This document shows, one piece after another, positions 1 to 24,624 of a DNA stretch of 64,000 bases. The notes under the pieces were generated by a model. It was not told the origin of the DNA and did no database searches. It saw nothing but the letters and a program-made list of their open reading frames with translations. The stretch's first letter is position 1, and every line of letters begins with the position of its first letter. Source of the stretch: Balanoglossus misakiensis (Eukaryota; Animalia; Hemichordata); the NCBI GenBank assembly GCA_040954595.2, contig CM082591.2:6096166-6160165 (forward strand), in the 5' to 3' direction. The position numbers and the translations under genes were made by a program.

Positions 1-185
1 CCCCCCCCCTCTCCAACCCCTTTCGATTTATCCGTCTTTTCACTTGCGCGGTTGGATTTTTTCGCGTACCATGAACGTTTATTCCCGCAGTAAATGAGTG
101 CCTTAAATATCCGATGACTAAACAATACATGTTTTTAAACATGACAACGGTCTACCCGAGGCGTATATAGATGTTGCATAGAAAT

Positions 186-288
186 TCAAGGAAGTGGATC
201 GATTGTATACGGGCGAACTCATTATCCTTGATCATAGTTGTCAAGGATAATGAGTTACAATCGATCCACTTCCTTGACAACTATGATC
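186..288. repeat. Nested inverted repeat (fold-back) immediately upstream of a SULT splice acceptor
   Basis: 186-231 is the reverse complement of 241-277 apart from a 9-nt insertion. Separately, 230-247 GATCATAGTTGTCAAGGA is the reverse complement of 271-288. Confidence 0.85.
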
Positions 289-301
289 TATTTCACTATA
301 G

Positions 302-2971
<2,670 letters not shown>

Positions 2972-4574
2972 AGGGACATTAGCTGTATTTCTATCTTGCA
3001 TAATTTCCAGTATATTTGTTCAGTGTACCAATGCGATTTCTTGTTCTCTAGTACTCCAAACAGCATTCTGATATACATGTACCCAGTACCCCGCGCCTGT
3101 GTGTAATTGCCACAATTTTTTTTAAAAATTCCAGGAATTTTCGATTTTCTTTAATTTGTGGCCATTTTGTCATAAATAAGTGTTGATCTTGATATACTAT
3201 CATGGAATATCATTTAATAGACATAATTAAAAGCATACATGGGATTATTTAAAACTTGAATTTAAATGCCCTGTGTTATGTGACATAATTAAAAATAACT
3301 CTTGAAGAGTATCGGGCAGACGCTATGATCAAGTGCCTCATATTTATCACAGTGATGGTGGTTTCTCGCAACCGCATTAAAGGCCCTTCTTAACAGTGGG
3401 TCAAATCTTTTGTTTCCAATAAACAGTTACGTGCTAACACAAAGGATTTCTTATTTGCCTTAATTCCGCCCTGGGATCGAGAAAATGGTCTTTAAGTAGC
3501 CTTCATGATTGTATTTTATTTAGTGTACATTGTGCGTCAGTTTTGGTAACGATTCAGAACCCCAACACACCAGTTTGGCAGTGAAGGTAGTTACAAATGC
3601 CGCTGTGATTCTCCAAAGTTGAAAAAGTAAATCCATCGAACAAAGGCTGGCCTGCAGGAGTCTGAGAAGCCTGTCTGCGGTTGGCTAATTTCTTTGTGGT
3701 TCTTAGTATTGGACCATTATGTGATTGTGTTCAACAACTGCGTAATTGGAGGTTATGACATTATTGCTTCCGGTGCGCTGTGTGGGTCGCGTCAAAACCG
3801 ACGGTACACCAACGCCCAAAAGTACCACATTGTATTCTCATGGGTTCATGGACTGATTGAATCATGATTAAAGTTCGATGTGTTCGCAATCTATTTATAA
3901 ATCATACATGTATGTACAGATAGGCGGCGTCCTCGCCGGTGCTTTGCTTGAATGGTGTTTGCAAATCGCGTTCGGCAACACCCAAAACAAAGGTAAACAA
4001 AGGTAAATACGTCATCTCTCTCTCTCTCTCTCCGTCTGATAATTTTATTACACCGTGGATGTGCGCGGCCTGAGAGCGTCGGAACGACATACCCTAAATC
4101 GGATGGCGAAGTGAAATTACGAGCATTACAGGGAAAGCCTTTGGAGATAAAATTCATAATTACCATTTCATACTCTACAATAAATTGTCTCTTGTGGGGC
4201 ATAGATCACACACTTAGTCTTAGACGGATATATCAAGCTCTTCAATACTAGACGGCATAATAAACCTATAGGGTCTATGACTGCATGAAATTCCGTTGTC
4301 ATATTGTACACGGCACTTGTGGTGGCGTTTTCACGTATTTTGGATGTTTGAAGATAAAGGGTTCGACCGGGCCAGGGTTTTAAAATTTACCCTTGGAAAG
4401 CACGCGGTTGCATTCTTCCAATACAATAACGGTACCCTCTTAACACCTGTAAATTGCGTTCTCTTACAGCGTAATTAATGCGATTACGTAATCTTTTGTT
4501 GACTGTCACTCATGTGATCAGAGTGACGACTGCCCACATTGACATTTCACAACCAGAAGTGGTCGTGAACAGCA

Positions 4575-13457
<8,883 letters not shown>

Positions 13458-14903
13458 ACCTAGCATGTTTAGGCGCAACGTTTTAGATTATGTATATCTG
13501 CTATATGTATAGATATCGCGATAAGAAATCAATGTAAAAAGTATTTTTAGGTGTTAAGAAACTGATACAGCCTTTCGCAGGCAGATTGGTTGACAATTAA
13601 TTAATGACAATAAGGTTGCAATCTGCCCATGTTACCATGTTACAGCTAAGTCTGTTTCCGCATTTCTTGTTTTGTCTTGTTTGTTATCACAAGTGTAAGT
13701 TTTGTTGAAACAGTTGTAAACAGTGTTACTCGTTCATGTTACTTGTTTTCGCCGGAGTAGAATGTAAATAGTTGAAGCATTTGAAAATTGAATAATATTG
13801 GCCTGATAAAGACATTTGCATGTTGTAGATACGGACACAGCTGTTGTTTACAGCTGAAAGCTAACTAGCAGACAGGGTGAGTTTCACGAGGGCCTGCCCT
13901 TTGGTATTAGCTCTTGGTGTTAACACGAAAATTCATTGTACACGCTTCAAAGGACCATCTCAATGCGAATTTCCTGCATTATCATATAATAAAGTATTAT
14001 TCCATTTTAGCTATTGTGTGAATTGGAAGGGACGTCCGATTACATGGGAAGTAGCATCTTCCGCGACGACGTGTTAAAATATTGAGTACCTTAATTAAAT
14101 AAAGGTGGCACGCATTGTTCTCTGCACAATTCGTAATAACGCCATATTTCTCATCATAGACATTAGGAAAACAATAAATAATAGATCTTCGTAATGGTGA
14201 TTATAATCTTTATTTCACTTTTTTTCACAAACGCAAAAAAAACACAAGTTTAAAAGTAAAGACGTGAATAGATACATGCAAGACAAAAGCACAGACATAC
14301 TGTGAAGCAGACCGAGAATTAAATGATTTGGCGGTAAAGAGGGAGATAGTTCTAACGGAACTAGTCACTCAGTACCAATGTCAAATTTTAACCAGGAAAA
14401 TTGAAAGCGCTTGACAATATTAAGTTAAATACAGATATTTTTATATAAATGATAACAGTGCAATATATAAGTAGTCATAAGCTGGAATCTAGTGCTTTTC
14501 AACCAATTCGTTCTATTTATGGTGTAAGGTATGTCATTCAAACGAATTTAGCTTTAGACAGAAAGACACCACTTTCTAGAATGTGATATCGCATTATAGA
14601 AACTGGAGAAAATGGCACACGATGAGCCAAGTTCAATTGGCGTCTATTCCAACAATAAGAATAACAACCAGAATATAGGGTTCCACTCAGAATGGTTGAA
14701 GCGTGAATTACTGGGTTAAATATTGATAAATGTAGTTTGTAATATACATATTGTCATGATTGTATGGTGGTGCTGGAAGCAGACTTCTGCGAACTTAAAC
14801 CACAAAGCACCAACTACTTGATTCGGAAAGCTTGGCAGGCGACAACATTTCCTGCCCTGAAAGTGGGTATTAATCCATCTTGTCACGGCCTCACGGTATG
14901 ACA

Positions 14904-17900
14904 CTAAATGAAATGAGTCGCTCTGACATAAAACCCAACGGCCAGACTCATGACCAAAATCATCGCCATTTTCTGACTATAGATGGTGCTGGAACCGTCC
15001 GACACGCCATGACTCAAATTACAGGAACGGCTTGGCGGTGGCAGAAGTTCTATGGTCAGCGGAGGAAAGAATCCTTGGGGTCTTTTATTCTGTCAGAAGA
15101 AAATCATATCAGTATACATGTATTAGTACGATTATCCGAACAGCTAGGAGGACAGACAGCGTGTAGAAAGAACATTTCTGTGATGGTTCCAATGCTAGAA
15201 GTGGTGCATAGCCCGCCTTTGCAGTGATACGCGAGTGTTCAGTTTTGTGAGGGTCCTATACAAACGAAATGTGAACGTTTACTCACGTTAGCGGCTGTTC
15301 TACCGCCCTGGTCAGTTGGACAATGCTGGAAGGTTAGTCCACGCTCGTACGCCCTCTGAAGATCAACACGAGTGTCTTCGGTCCAGTTCACGTGATTCAG
15401 GTATTTGAAGAATGACATGTTTGCAAGGCGTTCGGGCTCCTTGATGATATAGTCAGATTGGCCATAAGGACTCCTTGTGAAATTTAATAATAAAAAAACA
15501 TTCATTAATTTGCTGTTAAGTGCGGTTTGTTCTCACTTAGGTGTAAATAATAACAAATGTGGCGATACTATGTTTTTTTCACCAAAAATGAATAAACACA
15601 TTATCTCAGTTGGTTTAGATGTTGTCAAAAGATATTCAAAGCAATCGGAGAGGGGGACACTGAAAACCTTTTTCGAGCTGAACTGGTCGAGAAAAAGAAC
15701 GTTTGGTGTTATTATTTGCAAAGGTGTTCCCTTTGTAGGGGTCAAGATACAGATCAGGTTGTTGGTTTGACTTGTAAGCTTTAGTTTTGACAGGTTACAG
15801 TACCTACTTGTGTTCAAGCTCCTCTATTCCGACAATAGTTGCTATGGTTTCTGGCTGAAGTCTAGATACGCATTTGAAGAAACTGGTGCGAGGATAGATG
15901 TATATATAAGCGAGACACATCTCGTCATAAGTACCAAATCCACCCTGCGAACAGTTAAAAAGTGTTCTTACGATCAAAATGTAGCAAACTAGGTTAAAGA
16001 TCAATTCCAGTTGTGATGACGTGTCATGACGTAAGTGCGTTTCGGGATTCGCAAAAAAACTACCTAAAATAGTAAAGTAAAATAAGAAAACCTCACATCA
16101 CGTCAAATTCCAATAATGTACAGTCATTGGTCGAATGGTATAAAATTAAGACTCACGTAGGTGACAGTTTCCCGGTCCATCGTATTGTAGACACACTCCA
16201 CTTTAAAACTATCTCCCTGGTGAAGACAAAAAACAGATCTTTATTGAGTATGCGAATAATCGGTTCTTGTTTCTCTCCGCCGAAATGGCTTTATATCTAA
16301 CTTCCGACTTAGAAGTAAACGCGTTGGTTTGCAGGTGTGGCCCCATATAATTGTGACATCTGATAATCTATTAAACTTAGCTTATCCTTTCATATTATCA
16401 GAAGCAGGAACATTAGACCCTATTCTACTAAACTGATTTAGTAGATGATGAACAGGTTTGATTGTATGCACGTGTACTCACAGGACGTATAGCAACCTCC
16501 GTTTTAAGATGGCGAAATGTCTGGTAGTTGAAATCGTAGTGGTCATCCTGAGACAACAGCGGTAGTTCCACGCCATCACGAATGTGGTGAACCCGAATAG
16601 CGCGTCCTGCCAGGTGGCTGTGAAGGAGGCTGCCAAAAGCGTATATTTCAGTTCCGTTTGAGTTTGAATCTTCTATCTGTCAAATAAAAATAGAGGGAAC
16701 GTTATAACATATGGGCGACAACATTTTATTATTTGAAGATATTGTAATAGCTTCTCGGCCACGATATTGACTACTGTATATACCGACTAGCACACATTGG
16801 CGATCTGTTTATAGGATTAGCTTTAGCTAAGGTGGTAAATTCGTGTTTTTATCTAACGTACTGTAAGTTAAAGATCTCAACTAGCCTAATGTAAGACTAG
16901 GAGGAGCGCCTACTAATGCGAGAACCAGGGATTGAAAATTCCGCCTTTAAGTGTTTTGCAAGTTTTGCAAATGTTATTAGAATGTCCACAAGTTCAAAAT
17001 TTCGTTGAGTGTCAACTATAGAGATAAGAAGATTGAAGTATTTAAAAAAAATACAATAACAGTGGCAGGTTATTGGGGCTTTAACGATTCAACACTAACC
17101 TTTTTCGTGCATTCCGATGTGCAGTGCGCTGTTATTGTGAATGCTTCTTCTCTTGGAGGGATAACCATGGCAGGAGTTACAACAGACCCCATCACCACCA
17201 GCCCTGCATCGTATTTCTTCAATTTGTCCGTGTAGTGAACCCTTATACCGGAACTGTCAATGAACGCTACGGAAAATCGTATTAAAAGTCCACGTACATC
17301 TATGAAAGCCCGTTAACGCCATTTTGTAAAGCAAGAAATAAAAAATTGATCTCGTTATCTCGATATACTTCGATATATTTCGTTATCTCGACTTAGTATG
17401 CCAGTTATATATGTCGCGTCGCGTGGGTGTCCCCCTTGATGAGAATATGTCCTCCCATACCAGCGCAAACCCCACTGCAGTCGCCACGACCTACTAGGAT
17501 CTTCAGTTGCTCTCATGCCCAGTCTAAGCTACGGTTGGTTGCTTCGCTAAGAATGATCTCATTTCAGGGATTTGTGGGTGAACTGTAATGTTTATAAACA
17601 AACAAAGGCGGCGCGACGACCCTTCACTTTAAAAGTTTCGCCAGCGCCACTCAAAAACCATTGGGCAACGTTCATGGTGATGGTCTTCTGTGGACTGTTT
17701 GATACACGAACACTCTGAAATGTCGGTTCTGTTTTGTTGAAATTCTATATACGTAAATTCACAACATCATACTCACTGTCTTTGAATTCAGGGTTGTCAT
17801 AGTGGGTCATCATCATCAAAAACGTTGTATCACTGTCGCCGCCAATGGGTATACCAGCCTTTTCTGGAAAATACATTGGCTGCAATAGATTGAGAAATAG

Positions 17901-20900
17901 TTCTAAATAGATTGAAAGTGACAGCCTTCTTCAATTAAATGTCACAGGACGTAAAAGAGAGTTTTGCACTGACACCGCCTGGAATCCAACACAACAGACG
18001 AGAAGGAACGACTTACACCTCCGCCAACCGCCCATCCCATAATGATTGTCCTACACTTCCAGAAAAGGGGCGGCATGCCGGGTACAACACACTCGAAGCT
18101 ATGGTGATGATAAAATGTCCTGTTGAATGCCCCTGAACACTTGTATATTGTAATGTGATGGACCAGGGCTTCGTTTCCATGTTGAATGATTGGTTCATAC
18201 TTTGAACAAAGAAGAAAAAGAAATTTGTCATGGTCACCTCTCTATCTCTCTTCTAATTATATGCATATATATGGTGAAAAGGGTTAATACAAGTCATGCA
18301 TTTCTTCACACTCTTAATACAGGGAGTTGTCGACCTCTTACCCACAATGCAATTATCCAATGTGAATTGACCCCTAGCACGAAGAAAAAAATCTTATTTA
18401 AGGTACACAGAATTACTGTGACGTCTTACCATAGCCATTTGATGCTTCCTGTCCAGCTCAGGCAGTTGGAAACCTTTGCATATATAAGTGGTGTCTTTGT
18501 GGTGAGGTATCTTCACCTGTTGGCAATAGAAAGAAGTGGTGAGACTACACTGAAAATGAAGTCTGTTCTTCAAACGTTACCAGGCTTTAGCACATTAACA
18601 ACCTGTTGTTAGTTAAGCTTGAACAGTTATGTCAGATGGAGCGTACACTGTAACCTCGGGTCAACAGATGTCACATTGTATACACCTTTTTGCATGTGTT
18701 TAATGTCAGTATCTATTGCAATAGAACAATATCGTGCATTGTATTGACTTTAACACTGCTTACACGGTCATTTAAGATATCGAAGGTCTTGATGTTTTCT
18801 TGCATATTTTCCAGTGTTGGGATATAATTAACAGGTGCATCGAGCAGATACACACTGCGAGATCCTCTATTTTCTCGTCCATGCCAAGGCAATGGTTTGC
18901 CGTCTTCTGGAATTTCTGGGTGGTACGCCCAAATCAATCTCATTGTATTGTCCTGTAAAGAACATTCCGAAACATCTTATTATCTGAGTGACTTGATTTG
19001 CATGGAAGGCTACTAGAAAATGATCTATATATTTGACATATAGGAGGTATATAATTACATGTGTATTAATTATGAAAAGTGTCAATGCCGCTAGTGCACG
19101 GATGGCTTCTGTATTGGTACTCCGTTATGTATGGCGAAATATTGAATGGGGTCAGTATTGTGTAGTTCAAACTTCAATGCATGCTGAAATCCAATGTATA
19201 ACACCGGATCTACATGCGTTACCAATAATTCGACTGCAATCGCAAGTCACATGCCACCAAACTTTTGGAATTTATTTTGTCTTTTACTAAAACTGCACAT
19301 TAACCAAAACAATACTTCTAGCAGTATTAAGACAACAAAAATATATGCTCACTGCAATTATCCAGTCATGTTCATCGTCACATGTATCCAGCTTTCTTTC
19401 GAATCGAAGGACTGTGAATCCATCTGCCTGCGCTCCGAATAACAAATTGTAGTCCTGTTTCTCGTCTATTCGTGGTTCCTCATTTTGCAATGCGTGCCGA
19501 TCCTGTGGGTGTATTTAAACCGACATATCACATGTTTAGTTTGTACTTACACACACTTGTACCATTTGATTTCGGGGGGGGGGGGGCTTAGGGGGGATTT
19601 GTTGGCAGGTGGTGCGGAGGAGAGAAATTTCTTCTGCATTGCCTTGAAGAAATAGATGACCGGAAGTAAAAAAAAATAGCCGTAACAGTGGCTGAAAAAA
19701 TTGCCACCCCCCCCCACGGAATCAAATGGTTTTTCCCTAGGTCTTTTGTGTATACATCTTTCTCACGGTCGTTCATCTTGTCTCTCGTTGTAAAAACATA
19801 ATCTTTGTATGATGTGTCGTACACACTGCTACATTTAATAGCAAATACAGACAGCATGGTTACACGTCACAAGAAACGCTTGATTTATGAACAGAAGAGA
19901 TATGACGACATAAACATAAAAATCAGCCTTTTTACCCCATTTCCTTTTATGGAGGTCCAACTTTACTGTAGAATTTGGACCAATCCATGTGGTGACAGGG
20001 ATTAAAGATACATGTCTGTAATATTATCTCAGTTGACCCCTGAATACTCACTGCAGACGACAGACGCTGTTATCTAACAAATTCTGACGTCAGACGTTCC
20101 CTTTCTGAACTTTGATCCTATCATTCTATTTGGTGCTGTGGAAGGTTCGGTCTCGAGGTCGTTTCAAATATACGGTTATGGTGACTGTTTAAGACTATTA
20201 CCCGTGTATTATGTGTACATGCATCGTGCAACGTGAAAAGGTGCAGAAAGCGCTTTATGTTCAGTGGATCTGTCTGTGGATTGTTCGATGGTCTGAGCAC
20301 GGTCACTCCAGTGACCGTGGTCTGAAATAGGACCGTTCCACGTCTGATCTAACATTAGAACCATTAACGCTTTCACCCCTAAGCCCTAGTTGAATGTCCT
20401 CCTTTACCGTGGAAAACAACTGAATTTGGAGCAAACCATGGCGGTGAAAGGGTTAAAGCTAGCGTGTAACTCAAGAAGGGCAAACCTATGGGCAGAGGTC
20501 CTTTTCAGTGTATCGGCTCATTCAATGTGCTGTCCTTGGGTAACTTCTTAATTCGTGAATGTATGCGTCCATTCTGATTCCAAAGCAAGGGCCATTATTT
20601 TTCAAGTGTAGTGGATCATTTTCGGCTGATAGAACACAGTGGTCGTTCACTCCAATATTCTCTCTATATGTCATCGGCCAGTGGCTGTTTTCACGCATGT
20701 TCGGAAAATTTACACGGACTTTAATTAACCTGTCTATAAAGGCACTCCATGTAGTGGCCACCTTGTTACAGTCCCTATGCAATTTACATGTTCATTAATT
20801 GATCTGTCTATAAAGGCCACCTGTCTATAGTTTAGGAAAGTCCCTTGATTGGCCACTGCAGACAGGTGTGACTGTCTAATCTAATGAACCCACATAATTT

Positions 20901-21594
20901 ATATACCAGTACTTCATGTACATGACTAGCTGCAGTTCACTAACTCGAGGTTTTGCCATGGTCTGTGTGATAGACGGAAAAACCAGAGTCTTCTAACACA
21001 CAAACCAAGGCAAAAACTCGAGCTACTGAATTGCAGCTAGTACATGACTTGCTTGCGTGTGTCTTTTACCGCTGAAGCTGAAAACGATATCTTAAGAAAC
21101 TCTTTAGTTTCAATAGTTTTTGATAATTGATAGTTTTCGCGATCAAGTGGCAACAGCAACTAAATGTGGCCAGTCACCTAAGATGGTGTTATTCCTGTCA
21201 CAGGCGTCTCGCAACTGCAACAGGTTCGGCTACACGGCTACGAATAAAATAAACGCAGGTGGAAAACAACTGCATATTTACATACCGTGAAACGTGTAGC
21301 TCCGTCGCTTCTCACCCATCCTATGACCACATCCGAGCCCGGCATACCGCCGTTCGGAGAGAAACCAAACCCCACATAGCCTGTCGTTTCGACGTGCACC
21401 TCAAACGTTATCTTCTCCTCGTCAAACTTCCAGTAGACCTTGTACTTGCCCAGCTGGTCGAGAACGGCTTCGTGCATGAACTCGTCGGAGGGACCGATCT
21501 GTAGAGGAGCGGCTCGCGATAGAGTGACACACGTCGCCACCGCCGCCAACATCAACAAGAGGCGCCCAGCGCCGTCGGACGGAGACATCACCAT
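14904..21594 (-). CDS. MOXD1: DBH-like copper monooxygenase (MOXD1-like), paralogue B, about 650 aa
   Basis: 12 exons, minus strand 5'->3': 21594-21286, 19502-19353, 18952-18764, 18516-18430, 18199-18017, 17879-17777, 17266-17100, 16676-16482, 16216-16157, 15944-15808, 15473-15287, 15089-14904 (1953 nt). Motifs GYVGFGFSPNGGMPGSDVVIGWV, LVHHITIY, MMMTHYDNP, LLHSHLAG, YDFNYQ, DEMC, hydrophobic tail. Same intron positions and phases as paralogue A. Confidence 0.93.
20725..20874. mobile_element. MITE family P1 copy (decayed left end)
   Basis: GTAGTGGCCAC...TGCAATTTACATG...GGAAAGTCCCTTGATTGGCCACTGCAGACAGGTGTGACTG aligns with 62100-62266. Confidence 0.65.
20927..21039. mobile_element. 113-bp hairpin MITE with 9-bp target duplication (Mutator-like by TSD length)
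   Basis: GTACATGAC at 20918-20926 and 21040-21048; about 48-bp imperfect inverted arms TAGCTGCAGTTCA...TGAATTGCAGCTA. Confidence 0.75.
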
Positions 21595-23132
21595 CGCTCC
21601 AACGCGCACTGGGGTGATATACGGTATGCGGCGACTTTTCTATTACATGTAAAGAGAGAGACAGGGCTCACCCTCCGGCGCCACTGATCTTCTACGTGCT
21701 AAAACGCCAGCTAAATTGGACACTTTGTTATTCCAATATACCAGACACTGGTCAGCAACTGTTATGTGTAAGGGATCGTCCTACATTTACGCATAAATTG
21801 AAAGAGCGAATTTGCTTTTGTTTTGGGTGGGTATTAAATCTCAGTCCATTAGTAATGTTCACTTTCTCATTGATTTGGGTGACCGCTTTGTTATCATGTA
21901 CATCAATCAACGAATTTTCAATTTGTGAAATACGTCACTGTATAGTTCCACCCCACACTGTGAAACGAAAGTTGCAATTTTAAAATATGAGTAAATTTAC
22001 TCACGTGACAATCCCAGACGACCCTAGTCGCACTGCGTTGGTCAAAACAAATCTATTATGTCAAATGATGTCGGGGATCGGTTAGGCCGGTACCGTGAAC
22101 TGCGCAATAATACAGTTGGAGAAAAAGGTCGCTTGAACTGCATCTGGACCTCGACCACTTTCCTGTTTATAATCACGTCACTGGCATTGTTCTCACTGTA
22201 CGATGAGACCTCGCCAACCATGACATGTGGTCTAGAATCGGGCAGAGTTTCAGCCAATCTAGAAGGACTGCAATGAGTCCGACCCTAAATCCAGTGAAAT
22301 AACCCCCTGCAGCGCTATTTACATCTCTTGAAAAGCCCGCAGGTGGGGGGAGGGATGGGGATTAACTTCATAATATTCCCAAGAAGCTTACATTGAATGG
22401 CTCATTACGCTTCAAAGCAGCTCTGGCCTTTCATTGTTATCATGAGGTTCATTAACCTGTAAGGGGTTCTGCACTGACTGTCAAGTCAAAGGACGAAACC
22501 CCCAAGATCAGAAAGAACATGTATTGTATGCAACAATGGGCAACTTGGAGACGAGTATCACAAGTGCTTTGTCTGCCCAGCTTATACAGAACTGCGGGTA
22601 AAATTTATTCCAAGTTCTTTTCTTAAATCCTCCTGCAGAATATAAGTTTTACAAACTCATGTCAACAAAAAAATATTTATTACGCCAATTGCATTTTCCT
22701 TTCTTTCCAAAAGAGAGTAGACATTAGAGAATGCCTTGATGGCAAGAGGTATTACTGTATTTTATTTTGTATTTAAAGGGCCATTGGCAATATATATATA
22801 TATACTGAATAAACGTATTCATTCATTCAATAACCTTTAAGAAATCTTCAAAAGTGGGTATCGTTCCCTCTGCGGCTGCGGGCATAGGTCATGTGATGAA
22901 GCTGTTGCTAACAATTCAAAATACTCTGTTTTCAAGATCCGGAACGAGATTCTCGAACAGGGCGCGAGATTAGTTCAAAACGAGGCTGAGGGTGAACAAC
23001 GCATGGCGGGTTGTTCGCTGAGTGATAGTGAAAGCAGTTTGGACCACGGGCGTCATGGAACGATGAAGTGACTTATCAGTCGCCGAACGCGTACTCTCAG
23101 TCTGTGTGCACAGTACATGCTCACCCTCACCC

Positions 23133-23299
23133 TTATTCATTTTGGCGAGATTTTTCACTCTCGTGTCTACAAGCAGAATGGAAGTTGTGTGTGGTCGAAT
23201 GTTGATTTGCTATATATCCACATGTAGCATAACATAAACAGTGTCTTGTATCAAACATAATTAATGGAAAAATGGCAGCGAGAAGGTGACTTTGTCCCT
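23133..23299. mobile_element. Right half of a family K2 MITE upstream of the GPCR
   Basis: TTATTCATTTTGGCGAG...GACTTTGTCCCT-TTAA matches the right arm of the other two copies. Confidence 0.7.
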
Positions 23300-23601
23300 T
23301 TAAATGGCCATCTTCTACAGTATGTGAAAGCAGAGGTAACCTTAGAAAATGTTTTCGAGTGACCGAGGTTACCGCTGACGTCACCATATGTTTCAGTTGA
23401 TAAAACATACAATGTTGTGTAAGTCGTTGCTTGACTTGTGATTTGCGTCAAAATATACCTTTTACGCGATAAATTTTGATTTTTCTCCTAAAGCCTCAGG
23501 TTATACTGACCGTGGCAATGACGTATGTAACTGAAACAATCTCCCCTGGTTACGTACTTCAGTTCAGAATTTCCGCTCTCCTGATTCAGAGGCTAGGCGT
23601 G

Positions 23602-24624
23602 ATGAACAGCTCCTCGTCGATTGCCTGTAACGGGTTCGCTCTTCTTGACAACACCAGCCTTCTCCAAACCGATGGCGAACGGCAGATACTGTTGGTCGGC
23701 GATCCTAGAGAAAAAATCTTCCTCGTCGTTAGTGTGGTCGTTCTTTCACTCACAATCGTCGGCGGAACCATAGGCAACGTGGCCGTGCTCGTACTTGTAG
23801 GCTTTACAAAGAAGCTTCGAATTCCGCCCAACTTTCAACTGGCAAGCCTTGCGCTGGCGGATGCGTTTGTCTGTACTGTGACAGCGCCGGTGTATCTCCG
23901 TGGTATTGTAAGCCTGTTGAACGACACTTATGACGTCTGTTCGAAAGTCAACCAAGCGAGCTGCTCAGTGTTTCTGGTGACTTTCCAATCGACATTCTTC
24001 ACCTCCTCGGTAACGGTAACCACGCTGAGTATCACACGCGCCGCCGTCGTCAGCAACAAACTCACCAAAGAGCAACAGACCGTCACTGTCGGCGCGTTCA
24101 TTGCATCGAGCTACATTTCTGGCATTTGTCGGGGACTACATGTTCTGTTGATCCGACCGATAGACCGATCATGTATTCATTTTGCCGTGTCTGCCGAAGA
24201 CATCCCAGAAAACATCAGGGCGTTCCTGCCGGTGAGTGTGCTCACCGCTTGTCTGATAGTGAGCGTCTGTTACCTGTACATCTACGTGAAAGTTCGCCAA
24301 TCTTCTGCAGCTGTGCATGCCCTCAGCAGCGACGGCACCAACCCCAATCCCACTGAGAACAACACCATAGCAACAACCAAGATTTGTTTGACAATCGTGC
24401 TGACATTCTTGGCCACATATATGCCAAATGTTATCATTTTCATACTTGTAGAAACAGGCCAGCTCAGTTCTATGAACTACGAGTCAAACGGCAGACATGC
24501 CTTTTTCTCCATATGGCTGGCCGGAAGTGCTGTCAATCCAGTTATCTACGCGTTCAGATCAAGTGCATTTAGAAAACGTGTCGGAGAGATAAAATGTTTG
24601 CGGCAGACTGCGCAGACTGGTTGA
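23602..24624 (+). CDS. Divergent rhodopsin-family (class A) GPCR, single coding exon, 340 aa, orphan
   Basis: ATG at 23602 (MNSSSS, N-glycosylation sequons); seven hydrophobic segments; TM1 GN, TM2 LALAD, TM7 NPVIYAFRSSAFRK. DRY is replaced by TRA and CWxP by TYMP. Confidence 0.88.
   Translation: MNSSSSIACNGFALLDNTSLLQTDGERQILLVGDPREKIFLVVSVVVLSLTIVGGTIGNVAVLVLVGFTKKLRIPPNFQLASLALADAFVCTVTAPVYLRGIVSLLNDTYDVCSKVNQASCSVFLVTFQSTFFTSSVTVTTLSITRAAVVSNKLTKEQQTVTVGAFIASSYISGICRGLHVLLIRPIDRSCIHFAVSAEDIPENIRAFLPVSVLTACLIVSVCYLYIYVKVRQSSAAVHALSSDGTNPNPTENNTIATTKICLTIVLTFLATYMPNVIIFILVETGQLSSMNYESNGRHAFFSIWLAGSAVNPVIYAFRSSAFRKRVGEIKCLRQTAQTG

Noticed and set aside
23476-23601. N-terminal extension of the GPCR in the ORF track
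   Set aside because: It starts at a non-ATG codon. ATG 23602 gives a typical glycosylated N-terminus; an in-frame ATG at 23518 cannot be excluded but has no support.
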